NCBI RefSeq assembly: GCF_001194135.2
Contig: NC_068982.1
Span: forward strand, 41,106,319 to 41,170,318
Direction: 5' to 3'
DNA from: Octopus bimaculoides
Lineage: Eukaryota
Length of the DNA stretch: 64,000 nucleotides
The translations under genes and the position numbers were made by a program. This document shows, piece after piece, positions 28,753-42,161 of this stretch. The notes beneath the pieces are model-generated. The model did not search any database. It was not told where the DNA came from and saw only the letters and a program-made list of their open reading frames with translations. The stretch's first letter is position 1. Every line of letters begins with the position of its first letter.

Positions 28753-29247
28753 CAGGGGTCGCCAAACTTTTTCGATCATTGACCCCCTTTAGCCACTTCT
28801 CCTTCTGCATCGACCACCCTCCTCATTTACAATACCTTAATGCCTTACCTTACCTACCATATCTTAAATGCGTACTGGGTTCTGATGATGGCAATTAAAA
28901 TGTTGGCTAAAATATACATATATGACAAATTAAGAAATTCTATTGAAGATGACACTCATTTTACATTTAAAACTACATATACAAGTATACAGTATTAAAC
29001 TTTCAATTTTTATGACATTATTTTCATGGGAAAACGTGGAAAATGCATCATATTGCTGGAATATCTTTTATTGAAATTGACAACATCAATGTGAGAGATG
29101 AGCATGGCGCTAAGTATTTCAAGCTGTTCATCTGGGTAGCTGGTCTTTTGCATGCCAACCCCCATTCGACCCCTTGGCTATCATCAACCCCCTGTAATTC
29201 CTTGCCGACCCCTAAAGGGTCCCTCAGACCCCATTTGGGGACCCTTG
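28753..29247. mobile_element. Non-autonomous hAT (Charlie-like) element, 495 bp, inserted in a family A SINE
   Basis: TIRs CAGGGGTCGCCAAAC (28753-67) and ATTTGGGGACCCTTG (29233-47) match 12/15. 8-bp TSD GGTTAATC (28745-52) / GTTTAATC (29248-55). The SINE sequence continues on both sides. Confidence 0.85.
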
Positions 29248-30769
29248 GTTTAATCAAACAAATCAATGTCAGTATTTATTTTTTTCTAAGTTTGCTACTT
29301 ATTCTATTGGTCCCCTTTTTCTTTTTTTTTTGTTGCCTAGCCACTGTGTTACTGGAATATAAACAAACCAGCACTGGTTATCAAACAGTGGAAGGACAAG
29401 TACAAACACAGACACTCGCACTCGCATGCATGCACATATGATGCACATTTCCACACAGTTTCTGTCTACCAAATTCACTCACAAGGCATTGTTTAGCCCA
29501 GAGTTTATAGGAGACACTTGCCCAAGGTGCCATGTAGCGAAACTGAACTTCAAAGCTCATTGTTGCAAAGTGAGCTTTTTAATCACACAGTTATATGCAT
29601 GTTACTCAGTTAAATGGTTAGTCAAAGTGGGAGGCAAAAAGAGTTAGAGAAGAATATTCCCTGGAGGAATGGTGATAATAGTGAGAAATAGGAGGAAATG
29701 AAATTTTTTTTTTTGTTTTTGTAAATAATCATCAATCACTTAACTTAAGTACATTAGTGCATTTAATTGTTGTCTACTAAATGAAACCTTTTGTATTTGT
29801 TTATCCATGTATGTTTATACTACTGTAACTATGGGATGATGCCAAAGACATAAAATTTACATTACTCATATGGCAGTTGGATGATAAAGTATGAGATGAA
29901 ATCAGTCATTTTAGATATTCAATATTTGTTTGTCACACCACTGTTACAGCACATCAACATCACAGGTTTTAAATAGCATAAACATAAAGAAACACTCAGA
30001 TTTGTGTGTGTGTGTAGAGAGAGAGAGAGAGAAGCAGGCTTGGCTGTGTGGTAAGAAGTTTGCTTCCCAATTGTATGATTCCAGGTTCAGTCTCATTGCA
30101 TGGCACCTTGAGCAAGTGTCTTCTACTATAACCTTTGGCAACTAAAGCCTTATTGGATTTGTTAGACAGAAATTGGAAGAAGCCTCTGTATGTGTGTGTG
30201 TGTGTGTGTGTGTGTTTGTCTGTCTGTCTGTCTGTCCTCCACCACCACTTGACAGCCATTGTTGGTGTGTTTATGTTCCCATAACTTTGGTGTTTGGTAA
30301 AAGGGACCAGTAGAATAAGTACCGGGATTAAAAAATTAGTACTGGGATTNNNNNNNNNNNNNNNNNNNNNNNNNNNNNNNNNNNNNNNNNNNNNNNNNNN
30401 NNNNNNNNNNNNNNNNNNNNNNNNNNNNNNNNNNNNNNNNNNNNNNNNNNNNNNNNNNNNNNNNNNNNNNNNNNNNNNNNNNNNNNNNNNNNNNNNNNNN
30501 NNNNNNNNNNNNNNNNNNNNNNNNNNNNNNNNNNNNNNNNNNNNNNNNNNNNNNNNNNNTATATATACTCTTTGTTTCTGCCTCTCTTTCTCTCTCTCTC
30601 TCTTTCTCTCTCACACACACATACACATACCCCCACACATGCACACGTTCAACAAGCTCTTCTATAGTTCTGTCATTGCCAGTATTAATCAATTCTGGGC
30701 TGTAGTTTGAGACACTTTCCCAAGTTGCTGTACTGATGTAGAGTGGGGACTGAACCCAAATCCACATTC

Positions 30770-30950
30770 TTTTATTTGTTTCAGTCATTTGACTGCGGCC
30801 ATGCTGGAGCACTGCCTTTAGTCAAGCGAGTCAACTCCAGGACTTATTCTTTGTAAGCCTAGTACTTATTCTATCAGTCACTTTTGCCAAACCACTAAGT
30901 TATGGGGACATGAACACACCAGCATCAGTTGTCAAGCAATGTTGAGGGGA

Positions 30951-30999
<49 letters not shown>

Positions 31000-31165
31000 G
31001 ACCAACTGGCTTCTTTCAGTTTCCATTTGCCAAATCCACTCACAAGGCTTTGATTGGCCCAAGGCTATAGTAGAAAACATTTGCCCAAGGTACCAAGCAG
31101 TGGGACTGAACCTAGAACCGTGTGGTTGGTAAGCAAGCTACTTACCACACAGCCACTCCTGCACC
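30770..31165 (-). mobile_element. SINE family A, well-preserved copy
   Basis: Tail 30775-30955, (CA)n 30956-30996, head 31005-31165. Inverted relative to the copy at 30035-30349. Confidence 0.85.
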
Positions 31166-32490
31166 TATGAGCTTTTTTAACCATACTGCCATACCTGCAT
31201 CTACATATATATTGCTCAGTGGAACAGTTGCTACTCTTGGTTCACTGGGACTGTGGGTTCAAGCCTTGCCATATGAATTTTACTGTGATCTGAATATAAG
31301 GATATAATATAGTTTTACCAATATAGTTGTAGAGCATCAGAGTAATACTTAAAATAGATTATGTCTTCAGTTTCATTCCTTAGTTAAAGTTGTGTACCTT
31401 TTGGTGTAAAGTAAAAAAAAAAAGTAATAACACCTCTTGAAATAGAAAAAGTGACAAGCGTATAACAAAGATGTTCTATCCAAAGGCTGTACCTTCAGTA
31501 CTACCTGTGTGAACTTTTGCACCATCTCAAGGATCAAATGTTTCAGAAAAATACAATTTGAAAGGAGTTTTTATATTTTTGCAGTTCTTTATAATCTTCT
31601 AATCATCTTAGAGGTTTCAAAATAACTGTGAAATCTCCACAGGTATTGCCAGTGTTAAAAAAAAAGTTTGTGAAAAACAGCAAAATGTAGATCCCTTTGA
31701 ACTAGAGTCAACTATCTCTAATTAAAACTAAACAGATGTGATTAATTTGTACACAGAATTGTTGTTATCTGGGGATTTTTTTTTTTTTTTTGTGGTTCGA
31801 ATTTCATTTTCTTTCTTTAATTTCTTCAATGTTTTTCTCATTTCTAGCACAATGTATGTATGTATGCACGCTCACACACATACTTTGTTTTTGTATTTGG
31901 TTTGCGAGATTCTTGATATATATATATATATATATGTNNNNNNNNNNNNNNNNNNNNNNNNNNNNNNNNNNNNNNNNNNNNNNNNNNNNNNNNNNNNNNN
32001 NNNNNNNNNNNNNNNNNNNNNNNNNNNNNNNNNNNNNNNNNNNNNNNNNNNNNNNNNNNNNNNNNNNNNNNNNNNNNNNNNNNNNNNNNNNNNNNNNNNN
32101 NNNNNNNNNNNNNNNNNNNNNNNNNNNNNNNNNNNNNNNNNNNNNNNNNNNNNNNNNNNNNNNNNNNTATATACATATATATATATATATATATATAATA
32201 CATCAAGTACAGGACATCACCAACAAGTGAAAAATATGTAAACATATATGCATATATATAGATACATATACATATATATGCATATATATATATATTCTGT
32301 TTTATTTTTGTTTTTCTAAATTTAAAACTTTTCTTTTAACTCTATATTCAAGTTTATTTAATTTCTTCATAAACAGTAAATGTTATGAAATACAGTTATG
32401 GCTAAGAGCATCCACTTCTTAAGCATGCAACATTTTTTTAGTTTGTGTGCATGTATATACCACACACGCACATATATACAGATGCGCACA

Positions 32491-32527
<37 letters not shown>

Positions 32528-33392
32528 TGTACCAAATATAATATCCATCTAGTTAATTGAATAAAATATCTAAATTAATGGGAAAACATTAAAAAAAGAT
32601 AAAAAGACAAAGCTGGACAAAGTGTGCAATCAAAAATGTGACGGCCTTTGATTAAGCTATCTTCCAAAACCTGATAGGTAAAGAAAATATATAAAATAGA
32701 ACATTAATCTTGCAAAAGTTAAATCCAATGAAAAAGAACAGATAGATAAAAAGATGATAATTAATCTTTGAGCACTTTTTATAATTTGATCTTCTGTTTT
32801 AAGGATGGGAACAGAATTGCTCCTTGTAAATAGTGTGTACTAAAGTTGTGCAGCTATTAAAATTACACCAATTAGACATCCTCTGACATAGTGGCTTGGC
32901 CTGATAGAAGTGGCATCCAAGTTTCTTTCAAACAAAACTCCATACTGAATCACATGGCATATTTTCTGGCATACAAGTCAGCATGGTATATTGTGTAGTG
33001 TAAGCATCATCACTATCTTTCCAAATCCTGCTACATTTCAAATAGAATTTTTGGTCCTTCAGTCGTTTTGGTGTATAAGTCAGCCTGTAAGGTCTCTTTG
33101 CTGCTTGCAGTAAGTAATATGCTGAATATGCATAATAGAATTTTCAATATAGACTTAAATAAAGAATGCATTTGCCAATATGTCAATATTTCCTGTAGAA
33201 CCTCATTTGGGAAATGCTGGTTTATATTGGCATAGGTGTAGCTATGTGGTTGAGAAATTTGCTTCCCAACCATATGGTCTCGGGTTCAATCCTACCGTAT
33301 GGCACCTTGTGTGAGTGTCTTCTATTATAACCACAGGCCAACCAAAGCCTTGTGAATAGATTGGGTTGAAGAAACTGAAAAAGCCCATCATG

Positions 33393-33432
<40 letters not shown>

Positions 33433-34678
33433 TATAGGCCAATCGAAAATAAAACAAAAGTCAAAAGGATGTAGACATGGAATGTATTAGCTTAACACTC
33501 AGTATATGAGGAAAAGAGTGAGTGTATAACGTTTTGAGCATGGCTCATCATCAGAAAGAGGAGAGAGGAAAGGTCTGGAGAGAAGGAATAAAAAAAAGTT
33601 CAAGAAAAGCATGTGTGTGGTTACATGGCCGCATGCGTGTGTGTGTTGGTGTCTCTTTGTCTTGACTTCATGTGGTAGTTGTAAATGAATGTCATTGTCA
33701 TGCAAGCTGTGTCTTTCATTTCCAGTCTCCCATGAAAACATGTCTTGTCATGGAGCAATATTGCTTTACTTGGAAACAGGTGAGAGTTGATGACAGGAAA
33801 GGCATCTAGTCATAGAAAATCTGCCTCGACAAGTTCCATCTGTGGAAAAGTGGACATTTAACAATAATGATGGTTTCTGTATAATTTCATTGTACAGAAG
33901 ACTTTATTTCTTCATCAAATTGATATCATTGTTATTTAGCCATAGGTCAGCCCTGACCAAGCAGAAGTATAATCAAAGTTATTTTGACTATTACTACTTG
34001 TATTCTCTTTCTTTTTAAAACAGCCAGGTATATGATTTTAGAGAACAGAATAAATCAGTTCTTGACTGCACTAAAAGTAGAGTTTCCAGAACTTTTTATG
34101 TATCAACAATCTGAAAACTGACTAAACAAAACTTGGGTGAATCTATAGTTACTTTTAATCAGCCGAAAATGTGACCCCCAAATGTATTAATATAAAATAT
34201 TCACAGCACGTTTGGTCAAGAAGAGGTCTCTCTTAAATAAATTCACCTTTCCCGAAATAATAAATAAATTCCTTATGTAATATAACTAAATATAAATTCC
34301 TGATATTTAGTCACTAAAAATGATAAAATAAACTAGGTTAGAATGTCGAATATCTCAATTCAGACAGAGTAACAACCGAACATTTATTTATATATCTATC
34401 TCTGTATTAAAATAATTTGTCTGTCTGTGGATGTGTTTCACCAAGAGAGCAACACCAAGTACCAATTCATAATCACAACAGTGGATCTGATGTCACTTTT
34501 GCCCCTCATGACACCGCATTATTTTTTTTATATATATATCATTTTTTATATATCAGACCTTTTCAACCTGAGTATGCATTCCTATGGACGAGTTTAAGTA
34601 TGCCTAACATGTGTTATCTGTTTAATGTAGACTTGAAATTTATTCAGACATACAGACTCAGATATGCACTTATCATCA

Positions 34679-34745
<67 letters not shown>

Positions 34746-35409
34746 TTCCCCCTCTCTCCCTCTCTCTCACACACTTATACACGTATATGCAAACATTTAC
34801 ACTGAAATATATCATTGTCATCATCCATTTTAATGTACACTTTTTCATGCTAGCATGTGTTAGGTTTTCATGGAAGATTGAAGACGAAGGTCACTGCTCG
34901 TATGATGGCGGTCTCTTTTACAACTGTTATACAAAGTCAAGGCAAAGAGAGGGTAACACATACACACTCCTGCATATATGTAGAGAGAGAGAGATAGGAT
35001 CAAAGGTTTTTCCAAACCATAGGCTCATAAGGCCAGTTTTCTGAATTTTGTGGCATATATATACTCTGCCTGGATGTGATGTCAGTCTGTCACAAGATTA
35101 CTCATTTTTGCCTGTTGAGTGGACTGGAGCAGCATGGAATGAAGTGTTTTGCTCAAGAACAACACACATTGCCTGGTCTCAGAATCAAAGCTACAATCTT
35201 ACAATTAAGAATGCAACACGTCAACCACTAAACCATGTTGCCTACACAGACATACACAATATATGATGAGCTTCTTTCAGTTTCCATCTTGCAAATCCTC
35301 TCAAGGCTTTTTGTTTGCCTGAGGCTATAGTAGAAAGCACTTTCTGAAGCTGCCATGCCATGAGACTGAACTTGAAACCATGTGGTTTGAAAGTTTTCTC
35401 CTCAGCCCC

Positions 35410-35735
35410 TCTCTTTTTTTTTCACATACTTGGTATCATCCATCATCATCCAATGTTTTAAATCCAGGTTTTGTCCACATTAAAGGGGGTGGCCAGATCT
35501 ACCTCAATGCCATAGCAACTGAGGTAGGCAGGTGCAGCCCACCCCAACCTTTGGGCTGGCTGGTACCCATTCTCCTTTGCTATCATGAGGCTTTTTTGGA
35601 GCTGGATTTTCTTGCTTACCCCCAACCTCAGTTTCTAGACATGAGTGGTCCTGAGACCAAGACCTCTGCCATGATTTTTAAGAAATGTGGTGGAAAACTA
35701 GCTCAGGAAGGCAGGGACGCTACTCCCTGTGACCC
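35410..35735 (-). mobile_element. Probable non-LTR (RTE-like) 3'UTR fragment
   Basis: GC-raised island. The minus strand has gaggttgggggtaagcaagaaaatccagctcc and ends aacattggatgatgatggatgat. Confidence 0.45.
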
Positions 35736-37429
35736 CTTTTGTATTCTTTTATTTCTTTTACTGATTTCAGTCATTGGATTGCAGCCATGCTGAGGCACTA
35801 CCATTAAGGTTTTAGACGATATCACCTCCTTACTGATTTCAGTCTGTTACTTATTTTATTGATATCCGTTTGTCAAACCACTACATTAAGGGGTACAATG
35901 TAAACAACAATGCTTTTATACCAGTGAAATTACAACCTACATTCTAGAAAACAATAACATGCTGGTTCTGGTTGATGGGCACTGTACTCTCTGCCTTGGA
36001 AAGAAACAGGATGAACACAGCTGGAATGCCTTTCATCATAAGTATATTCAATCATGAATGACATGTAGCTAAACTATGACTAAGACAGCCATGAATTAAT
36101 AATAGAGCCACTGTGCAGTCATTCAGAATGCTAGAAATAGCCGCCAAGTTTCCATCAATCATAATATCTTAAAAAGAAAATGGAGATTTTGGACAATGTC
36201 ATCCATGATATATACAGAAAGGATGGTCATGGCTATGACACTTTTTATCATATCTCTACTCAACCAGGACTAACTTGGGGCTAAACAATAACATTTAAAG
36301 ATCTCTTACACTGCAGTCAAAGCTTAATCATATCACACTCTACCATCTTCAGAAGAGAAGGATATATATTATATTAGAAAATGTAGTTTTCTAATATATA
36401 TAACAAGGCAAACAGATGGTTACAACTGAAAGGCTTTTATCACAGGCCTGCTCAATCTGATCAAGCTTCATTCTGTTGATTTTCTTTTTTTTTATTTGAC
36501 ATTTTCAATTAATGCTTTATTTATTAACTGGAAAAAAAATTACAATACATATGAAAAAAATGTGTACTTTTGATTGAACCCCCCTTCAGTTTTTTTTTTT
36601 TTTTTTTAGTTTGTGTGTGTGTGTAATCGCATCATCATACGTCCACTATACATGCTTGCATGGGTCAAATAAAATTTCTACGGCCGGATGTTCTTCTAAC
36701 CAACCTTCATTTGTTTCCCAGCAAGGTAATATTTCCTGTGGTCACATATTTTCCAAGGAAGACTGGAAATAAACATCACTTGTATGGCAGTGATACTCGC
36801 TTACAACCATACGATGTCATGGCAAGGGCACACACTTAAATATATTCTTACACTCACACACACACACACACACACACATTCCTTCTCTCTCTCTCTCTCT
36901 CTCTCTCTCACATATGTGTAGAAATATTAATGTACAAAGTGATATTTGTTTATATCAGCATTACCCAACCATTTGTCATACATTCAATATCTCGTAGATC
37001 TCCTACATTTAAAAACTATATCTTCATTAATCTTTTACTGTCTTTTACATAAAGTTAAATTTCATGAGATAAAGCAAATCAGAAAATGCACACACATACA
37101 CCACAAAGAGGGCCTATGAAATTTTGTCTTAACTAAGACCTAAAAGCACCAAACTCTACAATTCTCTTTTCATTAAAATTATCACATTAAAATGTGCATA
37201 TAAATAAAACTGAATATTTAAAAGTGTAAACAAGTAAATGATATAGCATACTTAGACAGACTAAACTTTCATTAAAGTAAATTATAAAGGATGTGCATAC
37301 ACGATCGTCATTAAAATCATTAGACTATGTCCGGTACAATAACTTGTTTACAGATTTATTTCAAATCTGACTTTCATTTATATACAAGAGCATAACATGT
37401 AATAAGAGAATGACATCGAAATAGGCCAT

Positions 37430-37640
37430 GACCTACTTCACCTGCTTAATATGTAGAAAAGACATGCTTCATCAACCACAGTAATGACAATCTGTGTTTT
37501 CCCACTTAGTCATGTTAATGAGAGAGCCTCTGTATGGTTGATCGTTCTGTTAGAAATAGCAGCCAAATCTTCCTCAAATCACACCCTACATCTTAAAAAG
37601 GGAAGATATACTAAGTGTAATATAGTGACTAATATACTTG
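37430..37640 (-). repeat. Unclassified dispersed repeat (family D), several decayed copies
   Basis: The motif ttaagatggtagggtgtgatttgaggNagatttggctgctatttctaNcag recurs at ~720-770, 7440-7520, 11050-11110 (-), 16775-16810, 36120-36180 (-) and here. Confidence 0.6.
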
Positions 37641-37782
37641 ACTCACATAGGGATTAATAACAATAATCTACTTTCTCAAGAGCTATCTTTGTTGGTCATA
37701 GATGCTTTTTGGCCTAGTATACAGAGAATGAACACATTATCTAGACAGGATAATTAGTGGTTTTAAGTAATTACCTCAAACC

Positions 37783-38245
37783 TTTGACATTTAAACTGAC
37801 CATATCTGACTCAAATAATCTATCTGTTTAATGTTCAAACTGGTCAGATCCGACTACTTACACCTACCTTACAATGTCGTTAAAATAAACAATCACATCA
37901 TTGAAATCTTGAAGTTACAAAATAATGTGTGATTAATTCAAAAGAATTATCATCATTTAATGTCCGTTTTCCATGTTGGCATGGGTTGGACAGTTTGACC
38001 AGAGCTGGGAAGCTGACTTGGCTTGGTTTCTATGTCCTTCCTAACGCCAACCACTTTACAGTGTGTGTTGAGTACTTTTAATGTGGCTCCAGCACAAGTG
38101 CTTTTTACACGGCACCAGCACAAGTACATTTTATGTCGCACTGGCACAGGACTCTTGCAGGCCAACACGCCTCACCAGAGGATGCAATGAAAAATGTGAA
38201 TAAATAGGCATTACATTTGACAGTAATCTGAATGTTAAAACTTTA
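37783..38245 (-). mobile_element. MITE family 1 copy split by an RTE-tail element (~37950-38165)
   Basis: The MITE sequence stops at ...taattcaaaagaat and resumes at ...gtgaataaataggcattacatttg. Between them is a reverse-oriented catcatttaatgtccgttttccatg element. Confidence 0.7.
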
Positions 38246-38563
38246 TGCATACTGTCATTAACAATCATAGTGATTTGTATTCTGTTGTTCTACTTCCTTT
38301 TCTCTTTCTTCTCTGCTAATATCTTCTCCTTTTTCTAATTCCTTTTTATTCTGTTTTTTTCTTCATTTTAAAATATGCATGACTACTTAGATGCCAAAAC
38401 AAAAATGTGTGAAATGTGCTACTTCTAGTAAAACTTTTTTGTATCTAACAGTAGTGGTAACAAAACATGAGCATCACAAAATATGTATAAAAGAAAAGCG
38501 AAAAAATTGATTTCGAAAAATACTGAGGTTTTGATAAACTCCAAATTAACTGTTACTTCATCA

Positions 38564-38788
38564 TTAACCCTTTTGTTATCATTTTTGTTTTGAAATACAA
38601 TGCCTTTGTTTCATTTAATTTTGAAAATAATGAAAAATTCAGAAAGATATCTTATTATTAAACTGGTCTTTGAAACATAAATCAACATGAAATTTTGATG
38701 GAAGGTTTTAATCTAAAACACTTCAGAAAAATTGAAATTTGATCATTAAACCAGAGGCAGTCTTAGACAGGTTAGTATTAAAGGTGAA
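38564..38788 (+). mobile_element. MITE family 2 copy
   Basis: TTAACCCTTTTGTTATC...ggttagtattaaagg; aligns with the 16546 copy. Confidence 0.7.
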
Positions 38789-39868
38789 AGCTTTTTCATG
38801 CTAAAGAACAACAGCAGTCATTGAAAATTTGCAACCTACTTAGTATCCATCTTCTTCGTGAAGACAGTTATGTTGGCTTCTACAAAGAAACTGCCTCACA
38901 TTATTATTATTGTCTTAAGAGAAAATATAATTAACAAGAACTTCCAGATAAAATACAGGCTCAAAGTTCAGGCATTCACACAAATTATATATTTGGTGTT
39001 AGCCTTGTTAAATGAACTGTAACATTAAGATTGCTATGCAATTACATCAATCTGAAGTCATGCATTAACGAATCAGTAAATTAGATATGTCAATGTTTTG
39101 TCTTAGGAAATATTGAATTCAAGTCATACTGAAATAAGAGTGCAAGTATGTTTTACTGGATTTTTTTTTTTTTTTTTTACAAGCCTGTAAATTTAAGTAG
39201 TAACCATAGTGAGGCTTTTGTAGAGAGCTCTAATTACATAAATATACTAACGAATGTGTCTAAATGTCACTTGCTCTACTATGATGTTCACTTGTTTGAG
39301 AATGATCAAAGTATTCAATCTGGACGAAATATAATTTACTTATTTTATCTGTTTGAAGAGAGATTTGTTTCAACTGATGAAATATTACAAGCCTTTGATT
39401 TCTATAATTTTATTTTAAGTCTTAAGATAACCATTACGGGAGGGCTAAATAAAGCCAGTTACTGGTGATCGACACCATATTTTGTTAATCTACCATCCAC
39501 TCAGGTCACCACATCAAAAATTTGTTTGTGTGTATATGCATGTGTACAAGTATGTATGCCTGTATCCATGTTATTAAGTTTTGTTTCTAGATTTCTTACC
39601 AATGGAGCAAGAACTGATTTCTAACCCAGATCCAAGGTTCTTTCATTGGTATTTCAACAACAAGATGGTTATGGATGTGTGTGTGTGTGTATTTGGAGTC
39701 AGTGCCTTTGCAGCTCTATATGTTTTGTTTTATGCATATATATTCATACATATAATTGCACATCAACATGTGCATATGTATTTATACACTAAACTGTATC
39801 ATCATCATCATCGTTTAACATCCGCTTTCCGTGCTAGCATGGGTTGGATGTATGTGTATATGTATGGT

Positions 39869-39909
<41 letters not shown>

Positions 39910-40239
39910 ATGGTTCAGTTCCAGGTTCAGGCAGTGTGTCACATCTTTGATCAAGGCACTTCATTTCATGCTGCTCTAACATTCTCTCCCATCGTCTGTC
40001 ATGTCCTCAATGTTCTGCTGGGTCAAAGGCGAGATGGCTGAGGTTTTATGTCTGCTCACAAATGTAAAGGCACCTAAAACAATTAGCAAAGCATGGCACC
40101 TACTACCAAGTCATACTTACTTGCAAGTGATGGCTATGCTTTTAAATATTTATATAACATTCCCATATCAGTGATCAAACCTGGGATGCTTGGGTGAAAT
40201 CCAGCAATCCTGTCATACTAGGCTACAGCCTATGTATGT

Positions 40240-40720
40240 ATAAAATATTTAGGCAGCCCTCTTTCAGGCTTCCCTTCCTCTTCTTCCTCCCTCATTCATT
40301 TCCATCACTTCTCTCACTAAGTCACTTTCACCCTTCCTCAGCACATGACTCAACCATTTCATCCCATTTCTCTTCACACCATCCATCACTGGGTGAATTC
40401 CTATCATGCTTTGCAATTCATTGGTTGTCTTCCCCTTTCTCCGTGCTACATCATAGCATACCTCATATATGCAGCATACATCTGTTCCTTTAGTTTCAAT
40501 GGCATTCCCTTCTTCATTAGCTTACTAATCAGTTCTTGGAACTTATTTCAGGTATGTCTCATTCATACCACCATCACCTAGTCCAGTTCACCTTCTCGTT
40601 CAACTTATCTCTTAGGTAACAAAATCTTTTAATACTTTCCATCTTCACATCTTTTCCAACTCAACAGTCCTTTCTACACCTTCCTCCTTAAATGTGATTA
40701 CCATACTAGTCAATATCCCT
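40240..40720 (-). mobile_element. Old, frameshifted RTE LINE RT fragment
   Basis: Minus-strand pieces KRFCYLRDKLN, NKFQELISKLMKKGMPLKLKEQMYAAYMRYAM and DGVKRNGMKWLSHVLRKG parallel the 42186-42746 RTE protein. Confidence 0.7.
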
Positions 40721-41314
40721 TTCACATCACTAACATGAGATTAAGTACACTGTATACCTGTGTTGTGAAACGGTTGATATTATGAAGGGCATCCAGCCAC
40801 AAAACACTGACTCAAAAATGATGTGTATGATTGTGTTTTTTCTGGGAAACATTATATACTGGATTCTGGAAGCTCTAGAATAGAACATTTCCTAGGAAAA
40901 AAAAGAACTTATTTAATTACTCTAGATATGTATTCCTCCAAATCCATTGCAATTTATATACTGAAGGTTGTAAAAATTATTTAGATATTGTTCAAAACAA
41001 CATCTCTTACCAGGAAAAGAAAATACAATTGAAAGACATGGTGTATATATATATATATATATATAACTATGATATCTTTTAACACTATTACAGATTTCAA
41101 TATTTCAGTATCATTGCAGCTGTTGAAGATTGAGTAAAGTTTGGTTACCTTCCATGAAATTATTGATAATTTGCTTAAAATAGGTACCAAGTCGATACAG
41201 CTATTTTAGGACTGCAATTGTTTGTTTTGCCAGATTTCTTAAATTGACTCCTTTCATGTAGTAAACATTATATCTAAGGACAAGGAAAAAAAAAAGACAA
41301 ATATTGAAATTACT

Positions 41315-41357
<43 letters not shown>

Positions 41358-41716
41358 TTTTCACTAGGCAAGGTAAATTTAGCTCAAGGTGGGGCATTGA
41401 CTTTCAAACCTACCTTGACTAAAATACTGTTGTTGTTTAGTAACACATCCCTGATCAAGCAAACATATGGTCAAGAGGATTCTAACCATGACCATCCCAT
41501 CTTTTGAAATATTTTGTCTTCAGTTGTATCATTTATCTTTTACTTGTTTTAGTCGTTGGACTGTGGCCATGCTGGGGCACTGCCTTGAAGGGTTTTAAGC
41601 CAAACAGTATTTATTATTATCAAATCTAGTACTTGTTCTATTAGTCTATTTTACCAAACCACTAAATTATAGAGACATAAACAAACCAACACTGGTTGTC
41701 CCAGCACACACACATA

Positions 41717-41937
41717 TACAAGAGGATGCTGAAAAGTTCCTGGCCTTAAGGATATCATGAAAGTCCTGGCTGGAGGTCTAATCTTCCGAGTTCTTTTACA
41801 GGACTTAGAAAAACTGAAGGACCACTGCAATAAGTGTGTGAATCTGAGTGGGGAATATGTTGAATGAAATCATAATTAACTGATCCTCCTGTATTTTCTT
41901 TTACCCAAAGCCAGGAAATTCTCAGCAACCCATCATA
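41717..41937 (+). mobile_element. Non-autonomous mariner element (~220 bp)
   Basis: TA-flanked TIRs tacaagaggatgctgaaaagttcctggcctt / aaagccaggaaattctcagcaacccatcata. An internal frame LLQDLEKLKDHCNKCVNLSGEYVE* is a typical mariner transposase C-terminus. Confidence 0.85.
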
Positions 41938-42161
41938 TACATACATATTTTAATATTTTGTTTAAGCAAAGCGATATTAATAACCTGATTTAAGAACTCA
42001 ATACATATGTGATTCAGAGCATAATAAGGGATTACATAAATAACAAGGGAATAAGAAATTATGAAGTTCATTGCATAATTTCTTGTTCCCTTGTCATTTA
42101 TATAATCTCTTATACATATAGTCGAAGATGCAAGGCTTAATGGTTAGGATATTCAACTCAC

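Noticed and set aside
29043-29441. 132-aa ORF
   Set aside because: It reads through the hAT element end and SINE tail and is a chimeric repeat sequence.
35380-35793. 137-aa ORF over a GC-raised island
   Set aside because: It begins and ends in SINE sequence, and the middle looks like a reverse-oriented retroelement 3'UTR with a GAT tail.
39148-39468. 106-aa ORF in unique AT-rich sequence
   Set aside because: It starts in a poly-T run and has no recognisable motif or clear splice signals.
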